Source of the DNA: Craspedostauros australis
Lineage: Eukaryota
Assembly: GCA_030167865.1 (NCBI GenBank)
Contig: JALAGF010003586.1
Coordinates: 1-64,000 of the forward strand
Reading direction: 5' to 3'
Length of the DNA: 64,000 nucleotides
Shown here: positions 12,010-23,400 of the stretch, piece after piece
Numbering within the stretch: position 1 is the stretch's first letter
Layout: the number at the start of each line of letters is the position of its first letter
The notes under the pieces: model-generated
What the model was told of the DNA's origin: nothing
Databases searched by the model: none
What the model saw: the letters and a program-made list of their open reading frames with translations, nothing else
Made by a program: the position numbers and the translations under genes

Positions 12010-12887
12010 CTGTGATCACCACTATTCAACAATGCGACAATGTGATAATCTGTTGTCCTCTTGCACTGTGAAATGTTGTGCCGCTCGTCAGTTTGGATTG
12101 TGTCTCTCTCGCTCCTCTGGCTTGTGCGCCTTTCTGTTGTGCCCGGCAGAGCCTCGATTCTCACGGAACAACAATCATTTCTGTGGGGTTTCGCGGTAAA
12201 TTCGCAGTTTGGTCTGTTGTCGCGCCGTGTCTCAATACCACGAGGCTATCCAGGTGGTTCTTTCGCAACAAACGAACCCCGCAGCTCCAACAATGACAAC
12301 AAGTGGCGTTATTCGAGTCTACATAAGTACTCTATTGACATCTCCATCCAACAGTGAAGTCCTGCGATGCGTGAATCGGCAAGGTACATGATGAGGCTTT
12401 AGTTCGTTTCAACGGTTCGATCCGAATCAGCCGATCACAATTCGCATCTTCTCCATGTGCAACACACGCCTTGCTCGGCATCGCGCCGGACGGCATGTTT
12501 TTGTTTTTCGATTTGAATTTGTTCCTGCGAAATGAGGAAAGCACATCACCAAGATCGTTTTCCTGTGACCATCCATCGATGCTGCTGCTGCTGCTGACGA
12601 TGACGGCGACGGCGACGACAATGATACTCGAAGAATGTTGATGCCAAATGCCTTTGCATTACCGTCGAGTACACTTGCAATAGCCATCCTCACAGTCAAG
12701 AGCAAGAGCAAGTGCAACAGCAAGAGCAAGAGCAACAGCATCGGCACTCTACCAGTAAATCCATCAGCAACAGCTTCGAGAAAGGTGTCACACACCGAAG
12801 AAGAGCAGTTCGAGCAACATCGACAGCACATCCATCAGCAGAGACTTCCGCGGAGATATTCATAGAGGCACCCTGTTCGATTACACC

Positions 12888-13616
12888 ATGACGCGTTTCA
12901 GTACCTGGCTCAACTTCACACTCGTCGCCATCCTTCCGATGATGGCCCGTTCAAGTCCAGCGCTGCGATCAAGGCAATTGAACAGCAACACGTTGGCATT
13001 TCAAGCTGTGAGTGCGATGTACCATCGAGTACACGCCATGTTCTGCCATCAAAGTGCACAACAGCAATTTGAGTTGCCTCTCTTCTCATTGGTTCGCGTG
13101 GTGCCATCATCATCGTCGTTATTGTCGTCATCATCTGCAGGACTCTCTACACAACACCTCACCTTTGTCCTTCGCCAACGTCACTGTCACCATCAATATA
13201 CAACACATGGTCATCTCGCACACACTCTGTAGGAGCTGAACATGGGAACGCCATTGGAAGACACCGCCAACCTCATCGGTGCCACATCGGCAATCAATGG
13301 CACCATCATCGATCAGACGACCAACACACCGACGGGATCCATGTTTGGCACCTGCACCGTCGTGGAAATCACGCCAACCGATCAAACCAACTTGTACTGC
13401 CAACATCATCTCTCCTTCTTCGATACGACAGGTGAATCCGGATTCGGACAGATCGTCGTGGCCGGCACAATGAAGGTGGCACAGAACAATGGCGGCCAGT
13501 TTGTTGTGACGGGCACATCCGGTGATTTTGCCGACAAGACCGGTGGTTTGTTGCAATTGCTCTTCATGACGGCGCAATTGCCATTGCAGGTCCAAGGCGT
13601 GCTCAGTTTGGCTTGA
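12888..13616 (+). CDS. Secreted allene-oxide-cyclase/dirigent-like beta-barrel protein (paralogue A)
   Basis: Exon 1 12888-13007 with signal peptide, phase-0 intron 13008-13232, exon 2 13233-13616 with GSMFGTCTVV...LYCQHHL...GQIVVAGT...FVVTGTSGDF. Confidence 0.65.
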
Positions 13617-14280
13617 TTCTGCTTTGCGCAGCCCAGTCCGTGCTGCAATGCCATGCTGGAGAGGATGGAAGAATGCCCCACAGATGCATATCCATGCCTG
13701 CATGCATCACAAAACAGATCGAAAGAAACGAAAGAATGAGAGAAACAAGGACAATCGTAGCGTTACGCCATGTTGCGTATGTGACGCGCTACGATGTCAC
13801 AAATCGAATTCATAAGTAGAACATAACATAATGCTACACAACAGTATGATTGGAGAGTGATGTCCAACAGTGGCGTGCGATGCTTTGATCGCAAATGAGT
13901 CTCGAATAGTAGTTACCTTGGTGCGACGTGCAGATTGCAAAACATACAGTCAGTTGCTCGATCGTTGAGCTTGTACTTGCAGATCCAGCAGTATCTAACT
14001 CAGTAGGAATGGAAACATCGCACTGGAGATCACAAACACTCGACGACACTGAGCAGATTGGTATTAATTCAGTACTCTCTCTGTCTGTGTATCTAGAGTA
14101 CTCTATTACGTTCGAGTATTGTATTGAAAATGAAATTACAGATGCCGCTGTTTGGGCACCAAGGGTAGGTACATCCACCGGAAGGTGAAAAGGGATGGAT
14201 CGCGCGTTCGCCACCAAGCGTTGTTCGGTTGCGTACGTATAATCGTGTTGGATCAACCAGCTGTAGCCGTTGTCGCCAAC

Positions 14281-15268
14281 TCACGCGAATGTGAGCAGAC
14301 CATACAGAGCCTCTTCCTCGTTGCCTGTATCCGTCGATGGGTGGAAAATCAATGTTAGCTTACCGCCGTTGAATGCCGCAAAGTCACGCCCGGAGGCTGT
14401 CACGATCAAATGACCTCCGATCTCATCCATCATACCACTCGCCGACACAATTCCATGGTCGTATTGTCCATCGGTTTCCATGCGAAGGTACACCTCGCAG
14501 AACATGTCATTCAGCCGCTCGGCAGACACGACGGTGCAGGATCCAGTGAGCATTCCGAAAGGATCGGCTTCTCGGTTCGCTACCACTGAACCGCTGAATG
14601 CGAATGTCGAACCGTACGTGACCTCGTTGATCGGTACCGAGAATCCAAGCTTCGTCAGCAGCTGCGGATTGTTGAGTCGGAGCATGAGTTGGAGCACGAG
14701 TTGGACCATGATTTGGTGATGAACGAACGATGTAGGAGTACCAGTGTTGGCGGAGTAGGGAAGAGTGGTCAATGAGAAACATGTATCATACATAGTGGTA
14801 CAGGTGTGAGTGCGTACATAAGATGGCATGATGAGGGAATGCCACCAATGCAGCAGGGATGCTCCGACATCATACGTATGGCACCATGTGATGTAGGGTG
14901 TATCCACTTACCACCATGAAACCGAGCTCTTCCGTCGATTTCGGATCTGAGCCCTCGTTGAACACGAAATTGGCCCCGCCCGCCCTCTGCTGTCCAGACA
15001 CTTGCAGCAGCTGCTGCTCGGGCATGATGGGTCGTTCATTTCCTTTCTCCTTCTTCCGCAGGTGCAGCGCTCGATTGGGCATGCTCTGATTGTCCATCGA
15101 TTGTTGTCGTTGTTGTCGTTGCTGCCTGCGTGGTGTCTCCTGCGATGCATCAGGATCCGATCGGATCGCGATGCTGTGAAATCCAGCCTCCACTGATGTG
15201 GAGCACATCATCAGCGAAAGCAGGAGAGTTGCCGTGGCATACGCCATCATCTTGATCGCCATCGTCAT
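14281..15268 (-). CDS. Secreted allene-oxide-cyclase/dirigent-like beta-barrel protein (paralogue B)
   Basis: Exon 1 15268-14912 with signal peptide MMAYATATLLLSLMMCSTSVEA, phase-0 intron 14911-14662, exon 2 14661-14281 with GMLTGSCTVV...MFCEVYL...GIVSASG...LIVTASGRDFAAFNGG. Confidence 0.65.
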
Positions 15269-16231
15269 GCTGCCGCTGTCGCTTCTGATGCTTTCGATTC
15301 TCCTTGCGATTGGATCTCTTTGTCTCTTTGCCTCTTTGCTTGCGAGCAGTGTGATGAAGTTGTTGCTGTGTTTTGGAATGGAGTGTATGGTGGAGCAGAA
15401 CAAGTAGTCGCACGAGCTAAGATTGTGCCTTTGTACTGCAACGAATGCTTCAGCAAAGACTCCTGCCAAACGAATGCTTACTTTGTACAGGAAGCAAAGT
15501 GAGAGGGGGAAAGGAGGTGCCGATGTTGGTGCGATGCATCCGAATTGACAGGGTTTCATGTGTTCGGATGGGAGTTTCTGACATGGTTGGTGGGAATGGC
15601 TCATGTTTGAATTTGAAATGAGAATGTGCAACTCATGTTTGGACACTATAACGGCTATAACGTCCGTTTCATCCAACTTGTCGCAACCAAGGATTTGAAT
15701 TTGTGACCCAGTCCTGAGACAACGAGAAAACGACGAACTTGGAAACTTGAAACTCGGAAACGAAGCAACAAGAGACGGAAATCAGTGAAGGCATCCTCTG
15801 TCCTGTTGGAAAGTTCGTTGTGTGTTTGATGCTCTGTGTTTGATTGCGAATGTGTTTGCTCGCTCACGAAACACCGGAGTATGACAGTGGGAGTGGAGTG
15901 CGTCGTGACAGCACCTGCACAGTTGTTCCTTATTCATTATTCATTGTCCGTTGCTTCGTTGCTTCGTTGCTTCAATCGTGGGACATCGAGAGCTTCTGTC
16001 GCCGATCATCTATCGCTGCGCTGATACAATCATTCTTTTCATCGACAACATCCCTGTCTCCCTGTTCCATCCACGTCGAGACCATTCAAGGTGCCATCGA
16101 GTACCATTACAACAAAGAAGGCATCAAGATCGTCTGGGTCACAAATCGTTGCAGATAACGGCAACCGTTCCCATTATATCGCATCAGATCACAATACGGC
16201 CAGGTCCTTCGTTACATCAATCGACTTCATC

Positions 16232-17415
16232 ATGAACCGCGTTGCATCGATACTGGCGGTCGCCGTCCTTACCTTGTCGCTTTGCGCGGCCGACAAGTTC
16301 TCTCCCTTCTTCCATCTGCAATACGAATTCGAGCATGGTGAGACGATTCAGGTGTCAACGCCCGATCGCGTGGCCGAATCGCAGCAACGAACTGACAAAC
16401 GAGACAACGCCGATAGCGACGCCGGTGACGTCGAGCCCGCATTGAACGGTGAGAGAGGCCGCAAGACGAAGTCGCTGAAGGAGAGCAAGGCCACTTCGCC
16501 GTCGCCGACAAAGTCAACCAAGTCGGACAAGTCGGCCAAGACGACGACCAAAACATCGAAGGGAGATGCCGACACCGATTCCGGTAACAGTAGCGACGGT
16601 AGCGATCCAAGTGATACTCCAGACAGTCCCGACAGCCCAGACAGCCCAGATAGTCCAGACAGTCCAGACAGTCCCGACACTCCAGACATTCCAGATAGTC
16701 CAGATAGTCCAGACAACAGAGTTGAGACCGAGGAGCCGACGCCTGCACCTCTGCAGAGCGAAACAAGAACGTACACCATGGTGAGTTGAGTTGTTTGCAT
16801 CATGCCGCAATTTGAGGTGGTACTGGCACAATATTGAGAGAGAGAGAGAGAAATAGTGTGCGCATGTATGTTGTATGCAGTGCGCGACGGCTGTTTGTGT
16901 GTAGAGCGCTGATAGATCCGTGCCTCTCCAATCGAACGCCCCTAATCCTTTCGTCAACGACTGCACACGCCGCTCATGTATTCCTTCGCGCAACCATACA
17001 ATCACACAATCATGTAATCATGTGCGATTCGAAGGTACGAACTACTTTGGGCACTACGGTGCCTCTGAGTGACTTCCCAATCACCGGCGCATCCTTGGGC
17101 ATCAGCGGTATCCTGAAGGACCTCGTGCAGAACGACGACGGCACATTCTCAGCCGGTGATGCCGAGGTGGGACAATTCTACGCATCCTGTTCCGTGGTGG
17201 ATGCCGACAACCTGCACTTGCAGTGTTCGTACGAGTTGGTGGACAGCTCCGTCGTCGGAGTGATCGTGATGTCGGGACCAACCATTGGCATGCAGTATCT
17301 GTGGAACATTGCAGGCACTGCTCACGGCTTTTCACAGTACAACGGTGGAACAGTCCAGGCTATCGCAGATGCGTCGGAGCCCAACCTTTACGTTTTCGCC
17401 GAGCTCACTGAATAA
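16232..17415 (+). CDS. Secreted allene-oxide-cyclase/dirigent-like beta-barrel protein with Lys-rich and Asp-Ser-Pro repeat region (paralogue C)
   Basis: Exon 1 16232-16780 (signal peptide MNRVASILAVAVLTLSLCAA, KSTKSDKSAK, DSP repeats), phase-0 intron 16781-17034, exon 2 17035-17415 with GQFYASCSVV...LQCSYEL...GVIVMSGP...NIAGTAHGFSQYNGG. Confidence 0.68.
16613..16714 (+). repeat. Coding 9-bp tandem repeat encoding (D-S/T/I-P) about 11 times
   Basis: gacagtccc/gacagccca/gatagtcca units; translation DTPDSPDSPDSPDSPDSPDSPDTPDIPDSPDSPD. Confidence 0.9.
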
Positions 17416-17741
17416 ACATTGAATGCATAGAGTGAAAAGTATGTCTGTACGTATTGGTATGCGTGTCACATAGAGTCCTCTTTCCCTCTCTAGACATATG
17501 TGACCGTCTACAACATCGAAGAAGATCATGGGTATTCAAGAGATAGTGGTCGTTATTTGTTTCTGTTGCTGAGGAGCGATGTATTCTATGTAAGTCAACA
17601 AATCTAATTACTATTCCTATTCTGACTTGGAACAGCGCTCCTATTTCCAAGCTTCTGTTATTCTTGGAGGACCTATGCTTGGCGGACCAATGCCCACACC
17701 GACACTACCAGCACATGAATGCGAACCAATAGACGCCATGA

Positions 17742-19106
17742 TCACAGCCACTTCACCTGTCCATTCGCGGGGCGTCCGAATTTGATCTCCTCCGCTGCCA
17801 TGCGCTTGGACGAGTAGTAGTTGGACACCGTGTAGAAGTTGTGCGCCAAGGCGATGATGCCCGTGCCCCAATCGATGAAGCCGGTGAGGTGACTGGAGGA
17901 ATCGAAGTAATTCCGCAGCACGGAGACGGTCATCGCCTCCAGCACCAAAAACATGAGCATGTAGAAGAACTCATTGAGAATGCGCTGGAGCTGGATCTCG
18001 TATCCCACGCTGGGCAGATGCGAATCGGCCGTCATGCGGATCCCGATCTCCACAAAGGCGATGTTCATGGTGAGGAGGCCGCGCTTGAAGAAGTCCCTGT
18101 CGTCCATCGTGGTGACGGACACGGCGACGACGTTGAGCAATGCCAGCAGGGGCACAATGTTGTTGTCGTAGTACCCCGATTCCCGCAGGACCGTCAAGGA
18201 CGCCTGCAGGTACATGTCGGAAGTCTCGGGTGATTGCTGGTGCTGGAAGCTGCCATGCCGCAGCGGACGGAACTGGAACTCCATGTTGCGCTCCTTGTTG
18301 AAGTGAAAGCCCGGCATGTTGACCGTGTCCACGACGAGGCCGTAGGGCACGCGGATGCTGTTGAGGTTGTCGGCCGACGTGGCCAAGCCCAGCTTCCAGA
18401 AGCGACGATCCCATCGACGGCCGCGCTCGCGCTCCGACAGGATGGCCAATCGGATCTGGATCTCATGAATGTCATGGGGGAACCGCTCGACGGATAGATT
18501 TTCCTGCAGGACGGTGGCACGGTACATGCAGGTCCATCGCATGAGGCGCGTGTCGTCATTGAGCATGGCGACCTCGGCGGGACTGACGATCTCGAAGGTG
18601 GAGACGTTCATGATGCTGATCGGCGGGACGTCGATGGACTTCATGGGCATGTCCTTGAGCTCGTGCTGAAATGCTTGCCGTCGTCCGTGCATCTTCCACA
18701 CCGTGTGCGACGCAAGGGAGGTGCTGGTGGAGATGTCATCGTCATCGTTGCTCTCGTTGCCGCTGGGGGGTTCGCTGCTGGGGTCGTTCCAAAACAGCGT
18801 GACACGGAAGGTCATGGGCACGCAGCCCGTGATGACATCCAGCTTGCCGATGTACCAGACCACCACCTGATGGCGGATCGTGTGTCGCTGGTCGGGGGAG
18901 CCGTACGCGGCGTTCTCTCGCAGCAACGGAAGGCTCTCCGACTGGCTCCTGGACGAGAGGGAGGTCATCGAGCCGGAGGAGGCCGATAATCTGCACTTCC
19001 CGTTCTTCTCGATGTCGTCATCTGCATGGCGTTGCTGATGCTGCAGGGTCCGGTGCATGGACACCTGCCGCTCGATCAGGATCGTTTGCCCCTGCTCGCC
19101 GAACAT
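17742..19106 (-). CDS. Pentameric ligand-gated ion channel homologue, Cys-less (Pro-loop) type
   Basis: Pro-loop ERFPHDIHEIQI, pre-M1 LRESGYYDNNIVP, hydrophobic C-terminal helices, M2-M3 loop HLPSVGY; beta-rich N-terminal domain (VVWYIGKLD, MTFRVTLFWND). Confidence 0.75.
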   Translation of the reverse strand: MFGEQGQTILIERQVSMHRTLQHQQRHADDDIEKNGKCRLSASSGSMTSLSSRSQSESLPLLRENAAYGSPDQRHTIRHQVVVWYIGKLDVITGCVPMTFRVTLFWNDPSSEPPSGNESNDDDDISTSTSLASHTVWKMHGRRQAFQHELKDMPMKSIDVPPISIMNVSTFEIVSPAEVAMLNDDTRLMRWTCMYRATVLQENLSVERFPHDIHEIQIRLAILSERERGRRWDRRFWKLGLATSADNLNSIRVPYGLVVDTVNMPGFHFNKERNMEFQFRPLRHGSFQHQQSPETSDMYLQASLTVLRESGYYDNNIVPLLALLNVVAVSVTTMDDRDFFKRGLLTMNIAFVEIGIRMTADSHLPSVGYEIQLQRILNEFFYMLMFLVLEAMTVSVLRNYFDSSSHLTGFIDWGTGIIALAHNFYTVSNYYSSKRMAAEEIKFGRPANGQVKWL

Positions 19107-19500
19107 GGCAGGCGGCTGGTTCCTTGGTGATGTCGAAATCTTGGAAAGCGATGCTGCTGCTATTTGATTTGCTGTGATATGATTGCGGTTGCGATTGGGA
19201 TTGTCTACCCTCTCCTTGTCTTTGGACAGATGATCAAATGAATGAGCACAAAAGAAGAGCCCGCTGCGGGTAGCGTAGAGTCTGGTATAGCAGAATACTC
19301 TACTCTACTTCCTTTCGCTCGAGCAATTGTATGAGCAGAGAGTGCCCAACACCCGCTTGCCAAAAGATGAAGAGCGAATGGTCACTTTCTTGAAGCTGCC
19401 CAACTGTTGGATCCTTCCTCTCTTGCTCCTTCTCACTCGGCTAGTATTGACGTTGGTATCCTTGCGGTTGCCGATGTCGCAATCGTTGCGGCTGCAGCTG

Positions 19501-19502
<2 letters not shown>

Positions 19503-19550
<48 letters not shown>
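19503..19550. repeat. (GTC)n microsatellite, about 16 units
   Basis: Uninterrupted gtc run, intergenic. Confidence 0.95.
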
Positions 19551-19554
<4 letters not shown>

Positions 19555-20949
19555 ATGTTGATGTTGATGATACTCGATGGATGATCAGTATCATCAATTG
19601 TGGAATCGCAGACGCAGATGCTAACGCAGATGGAGATGAAGACACAAACAAGATGGAAAAGGGATCTCATCCCGATCGCCGGCACCAAGCGACCACCATC
19701 TTGCACTTCCTGTCCAAATTCTGTCCCACTTCAGGCATCGTCGACGCTCACAAAGCTGGAGACACGCGTCGTGGCTGCGTCTCTTCACAGAGGACGATCG
19801 CTACTGCAGAACATCGGTGAGATTGTTCTTTTGTGAAATTGTCCTCCCAGGTGTTCTGTCGAGGCACGTCACACAATCCACCAAATGCCGGCACTTGTCG
19901 ATCCGTCAATCCAGCTGCAAACACGTTTGCGATCAGCGTGACTCAATTAAACGTCCAATATTTGTGTTGGTGGAACAGACATACGGACGGAGACGAGACA
20001 TTCCATGATATCGAAAGTGGGAACGCCAAATGTGAGACAACCACCGCATCATACTGATTTGCTATGGACACACGCATTTCTTCAAGTCCCATGTGCCTTG
20101 CTGTGATGTATTCTATTATATTCTATTTTATGCCTGAGCAATCATACTGGTAGAAGCACTGAAACTCACTCTGCCAAACTCCAAGAACAGTGCAGAGTAA
20201 GAGGAGACCGACGCCTTCGTTAACAGTGCCAAAGCGAAGACATCGCGAGACAAGACAGAAGTGAGGTCCGATTACTCAGTGTCCAAGATTGCGCATGGCA
20301 GCGGAAATGGGAGCACTCAATGTCTACGCGGTGACCAGTACGAGAACCAATTGCTGCAAAGTTTGTCAGGTCTGTCAAAACAAGGATGCGCAGCCGTTTG
20401 CGACGTGGCAGCACATGTTTCGGGAGAAGCGTGAGCACTTGTATGGTAGATTGTTGGAGTATTCAAGGTTCTATTTTACTCTGTGAGTTCTACTGCTTGG
20501 CTGTGTTCAGCTCAGCTCAGATTCATTTCACAGCGCTCTATTCACAGATGGTGTCAAATACTATTAGAGCAGAGCAGAGGAAGAGAGTTCTCTGATCTTT
20601 CATCAGGTGTCATGTATGGTACTACACGAAACAAGAAGCGAGCTGTCAAGTTGGTCAAGCGAACTAAATGCACATTGACTGCACATGCCATACTAGTGTG
20701 TCCTACTCAAGCAAGACCAAGTTCAAGTGTACGAGCTGATGTGCGTGGATTCATTTACCATCAAGATGTTATAGACGGTGCTTGTTACAAGGGATCTTGA
20801 AACTTATTTCGCTTGTGCGACACGGAAAGTGGTGCCGTTGCCATTCACACCATCCTCCACCTCTTCTCCCGATGGGAAGAACGTGTGGTTGGCTGGGTCT
20901 CCGGGCATCTCACTGGGTTTGCTTGTAATTATTGGCCACTGCTTGTTGC

Positions 20950-22539
20950 TTAATGATCGTGGCCTTCCTCGCAGTGCTCGTGGTTGAGAAGGACAAGACC
21001 GATTGGGATGACGCCAAGGGCGAAGCAGAGCAAAGATAGCAGCTTCTCCTGGTGGGAGCGGAACGAGCGCAGCGCGACTGGCATGCACTCGCCCGCGGCG
21101 ATGTACATGTAGACTCCGGCACCCATGGCCAGAAGGCATCCAGTGGCGCTGGCGGACACGTCCATGGCGAGGACGACGATTCCACCGAGAAGAACGGAGA
21201 GACCGCCGATGAAGTTGAGAATGAGAGCCAGGGCGACGGACATGTTGCACTGGTTGGTGAGCAGGAAGAAGTCTGCAAGTTCCTGTGCGAGCTCGTGGTA
21301 GACGGTGGCGGCTGCGATGGTGATGGCAACATTGTTGCTACAGAGAAGGAAGGCAGTGCCGACGAAGACACCGTCTGTGAAGTTGTGGAAGAAGTCACCG
21401 AGCAAGATTGCAGACGCAAGAGCCCAGTTGATTGGCTTGGGGGTCTGTTTGTCGTTGTCGTTGTCAGCAGTGGCTTCGGTGGCGACTGCGCCAGTTTCGA
21501 TGTTGTCGTTGTCATCGCTGTTGTCGTTGTCGACGCCGGCCTTGATGCCCTCCGAGGAGCCGTCGCTTTCTGCGGCGACATTCTTGACCTCGGCATTTGC
21601 CAACGGGATGGTCTCACTCTCGTTGATCGCAGCATCGCCATGCAAGTCCTTGTGGAAGATCATGGCGGAGATGACCGGGAGAAGGAATCCCGCGATGAGG
21701 GAGACACCGAACTTCCACGAGACTGGAATGTCGTACTCATCCTCATGTTCGTCGTGGGCGTCCTCAGCCAACCAGCGGTGGTTGTGACCTTCGTGGCTGT
21801 CTGCGGCCGCCTCGTCGTGGCTGTCATGAGCACCCGACTCTTCCTCGTCGCTGTGGTGGTCGATGAGCAAGAAAATGGATTCTGGGATGATGAGGAAGAC
21901 GGCCGTGGCGATCAGGGCCCCGCAGGCGAAGCTAGGGATGATGTTTTGAGTCAGCACTTCGATGCGCATCATGCTCGGTGGGCCACCGGCTGCTCCAGCT
22001 GCGTTGGCCTCATGCTCAGATTTGGAGAAGGCGATGGTGAACACCAAACCGACCAATCCGATGAGGCATGTGAGGTTGATCAAGAGAGAAGCCAGAATAA
22101 CCTTGCCCCAAGGTTTGTCATCGTCGCTGTGGCGGCTCTTGAGGGACGAGTTGGTCTCCCCTTCGGTGCTGTCGTGACTGTCATGACTATCGTGGGAATC
22201 ATGGCTGTCGTGACTATCATGAGAATCATGACTGTCGTGATCGGTTGAGTTACCGGTGGCCGTCTCGTTGTGATTATGATCCTCGTCGTCGTCGTGGCTG
22301 CTGTGGTCTGTCACATTGCCATCAGTGTGGTTGCCATCAGTATCATTGTGATGCGTTTCGTTGTCGTCCCCCGCCAGGATGCGCACGTGCGGCATCTCTA
22401 CCAAGGGGGCATCGATGTAGTTGATTGGCTCGGAGACAACATGTCTGACATTCTCACCGTTGACGCCAAGTTCGAAGGTGCTGACGCATCCAACTGCCGC
22501 GACAAGGGCGATCAGTTTGAGGGATCCGGAGAAGGCCAT
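20950..22539 (-). CDS. ZIP-family (LIV-1-like) zinc/iron transporter with His-rich domains
   Basis: Signal peptide MAFSGSLKLIALVAAVGC; TM4 GDFFHNFTDG; TM5 HELAQELADF; FACGALIATAVFLIIPES; GVYMYIA; HDS repeats; C-terminal HEHCEEGHDH. Confidence 0.93.
   Translation of the reverse strand: MAFSGSLKLIALVAAVGCVSTFELGVNGENVRHVVSEPINYIDAPLVEMPHVRILAGDDNETHHNDTDGNHTDGNVTDHSSHDDDEDHNHNETATGNSTDHDSHDSHDSHDSHDSHDSHDSHDSTEGETNSSLKSRHSDDDKPWGKVILASLLINLTCLIGLVGLVFTIAFSKSEHEANAAGAAGGPPSMMRIEVLTQNIIPSFACGALIATAVFLIIPESIFLLIDHHSDEEESGAHDSHDEAAADSHEGHNHRWLAEDAHDEHEDEYDIPVSWKFGVSLIAGFLLPVISAMIFHKDLHGDAAINESETIPLANAEVKNVAAESDGSSEGIKAGVDNDNSDDNDNIETGAVATEATADNDNDKQTPKPINWALASAILLGDFFHNFTDGVFVGTAFLLCSNNVAITIAAATVYHELAQELADFFLLTNQCNMSVALALILNFIGGLSVLLGGIVVLAMDVSASATGCLLAMGAGVYMYIAAGECMPVALRSFRSHQEKLLSLLCFALGVIPIGLVLLNHEHCEEGHDH
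22171..22242 (-). repeat. Coding 9-bp repeat encoding (His-Asp-Ser)x7 in the ZIP N-terminal domain
   Basis: Translation DHDSHDSHDSHDSHDSHDSHDS. Confidence 0.9.
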
Positions 22540-22999
22540 TTTGGGTGGGGGTGTGCTTTGGGAGGTCAGCAACTGGATTGAGTTGGGTTGGGTCGAGCTG
22601 GCAAAGGTGGGTGGGCTGATGGTGATGCTGTTGGTGCTTGTCGGGCTCGAGTGCGGGCGTGGAGTGTGAATTCGTTCTGAAGTCTGTCTCTTGCGGGTGA
22701 TGCCGATGGTTGGCGATGAGTGGTTGGTTGTGGATGGATGGATTGTTTCGTATGCCTCTCTCTCGTTGGGTTTGTACTGGCTTGTGCTGTGCAATCCTCA
22801 AGAGATGTTGGCACCTTGCGTGCTGTTGTATTGCGTTGTGTCGCCGTACCACTCGTACCTGTTTGCGCGAGAAGTCTCGTGTTGTCGTTGTTGTTGTCGT
22901 TGTTGCGTTTCTGTGATTTTCGCAGCATCACAGTCGCAACACCACAACCTCGCGATGGCATCACAACAACCATCGCGAATCCGCACAGGTTCGGTGTGG

Positions 23000-23400
23000 C
23001 AATAGGCCTCGTGCGCGAAGCAACAGGCGCGTTGTTTGGGACTTCCTCTCTTCTCGTTTGTGGCGGGGAACCAACAGGCCACTTATTATAGGCCATCGAG
23101 ATCAAATTGATTCAGAAATAGGCGTATCGATAGTCCATTTCTGCGTCGCATACGAAGCCAATGATAAACAAATGTGAAAGAGAGGCTGGTCAAGGCCCAC
23201 TTAAAGAGCCGTATTAGCCTACTATACAAAACAAAATTGAGAGAGCGGTCTCTCGAGAACTTCGCCGGCACCGTCGGCGTCCTCCAAGGCAAAAATACAC
23301 AAGGCCACGCAAATTCAAAGTAGGCCCAACGGATAGGCTACGGAACGAAATTCCAGAAGCCTACAAATACGATAGGCGCAAAGTGCTTCAAAATGGCCTT
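23000..23400. promoter_or_regulatory. Cluster of TAGGC/AGGC motifs in the divergent promoter of the ZIP and NCA2-like genes (candidate cis-element)
   Basis: TAGGC or its complement at about 23003, 23089, 23119, 23217, 23321, 23334, 23359 and 23373, plus several CAGGC/AAGGC/GAGGC. Confidence 0.4.

Noticed and set aside
12560-12870. Low-complexity CAA/GAG-rich stretch with a 76-aa ORF upstream of barrel paralogue A
   Set aside because: All three forward frames hit stops before the ATG at 12888 or are out of phase with it; more likely UTR or intergenic simple repeats.
7298-17415. Possible oxylipin biosynthetic cluster (desaturase near AOC-like genes)
   Set aside because: ATG13 lies between them, no lipoxygenase is present, and the predicted compartments differ (plastid vs secreted).
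19305-19836. ORFs with poly-D/S/V/T runs
   Set aside because: They arise from reading through the (GTC)n microsatellite, with no other coding evidence.
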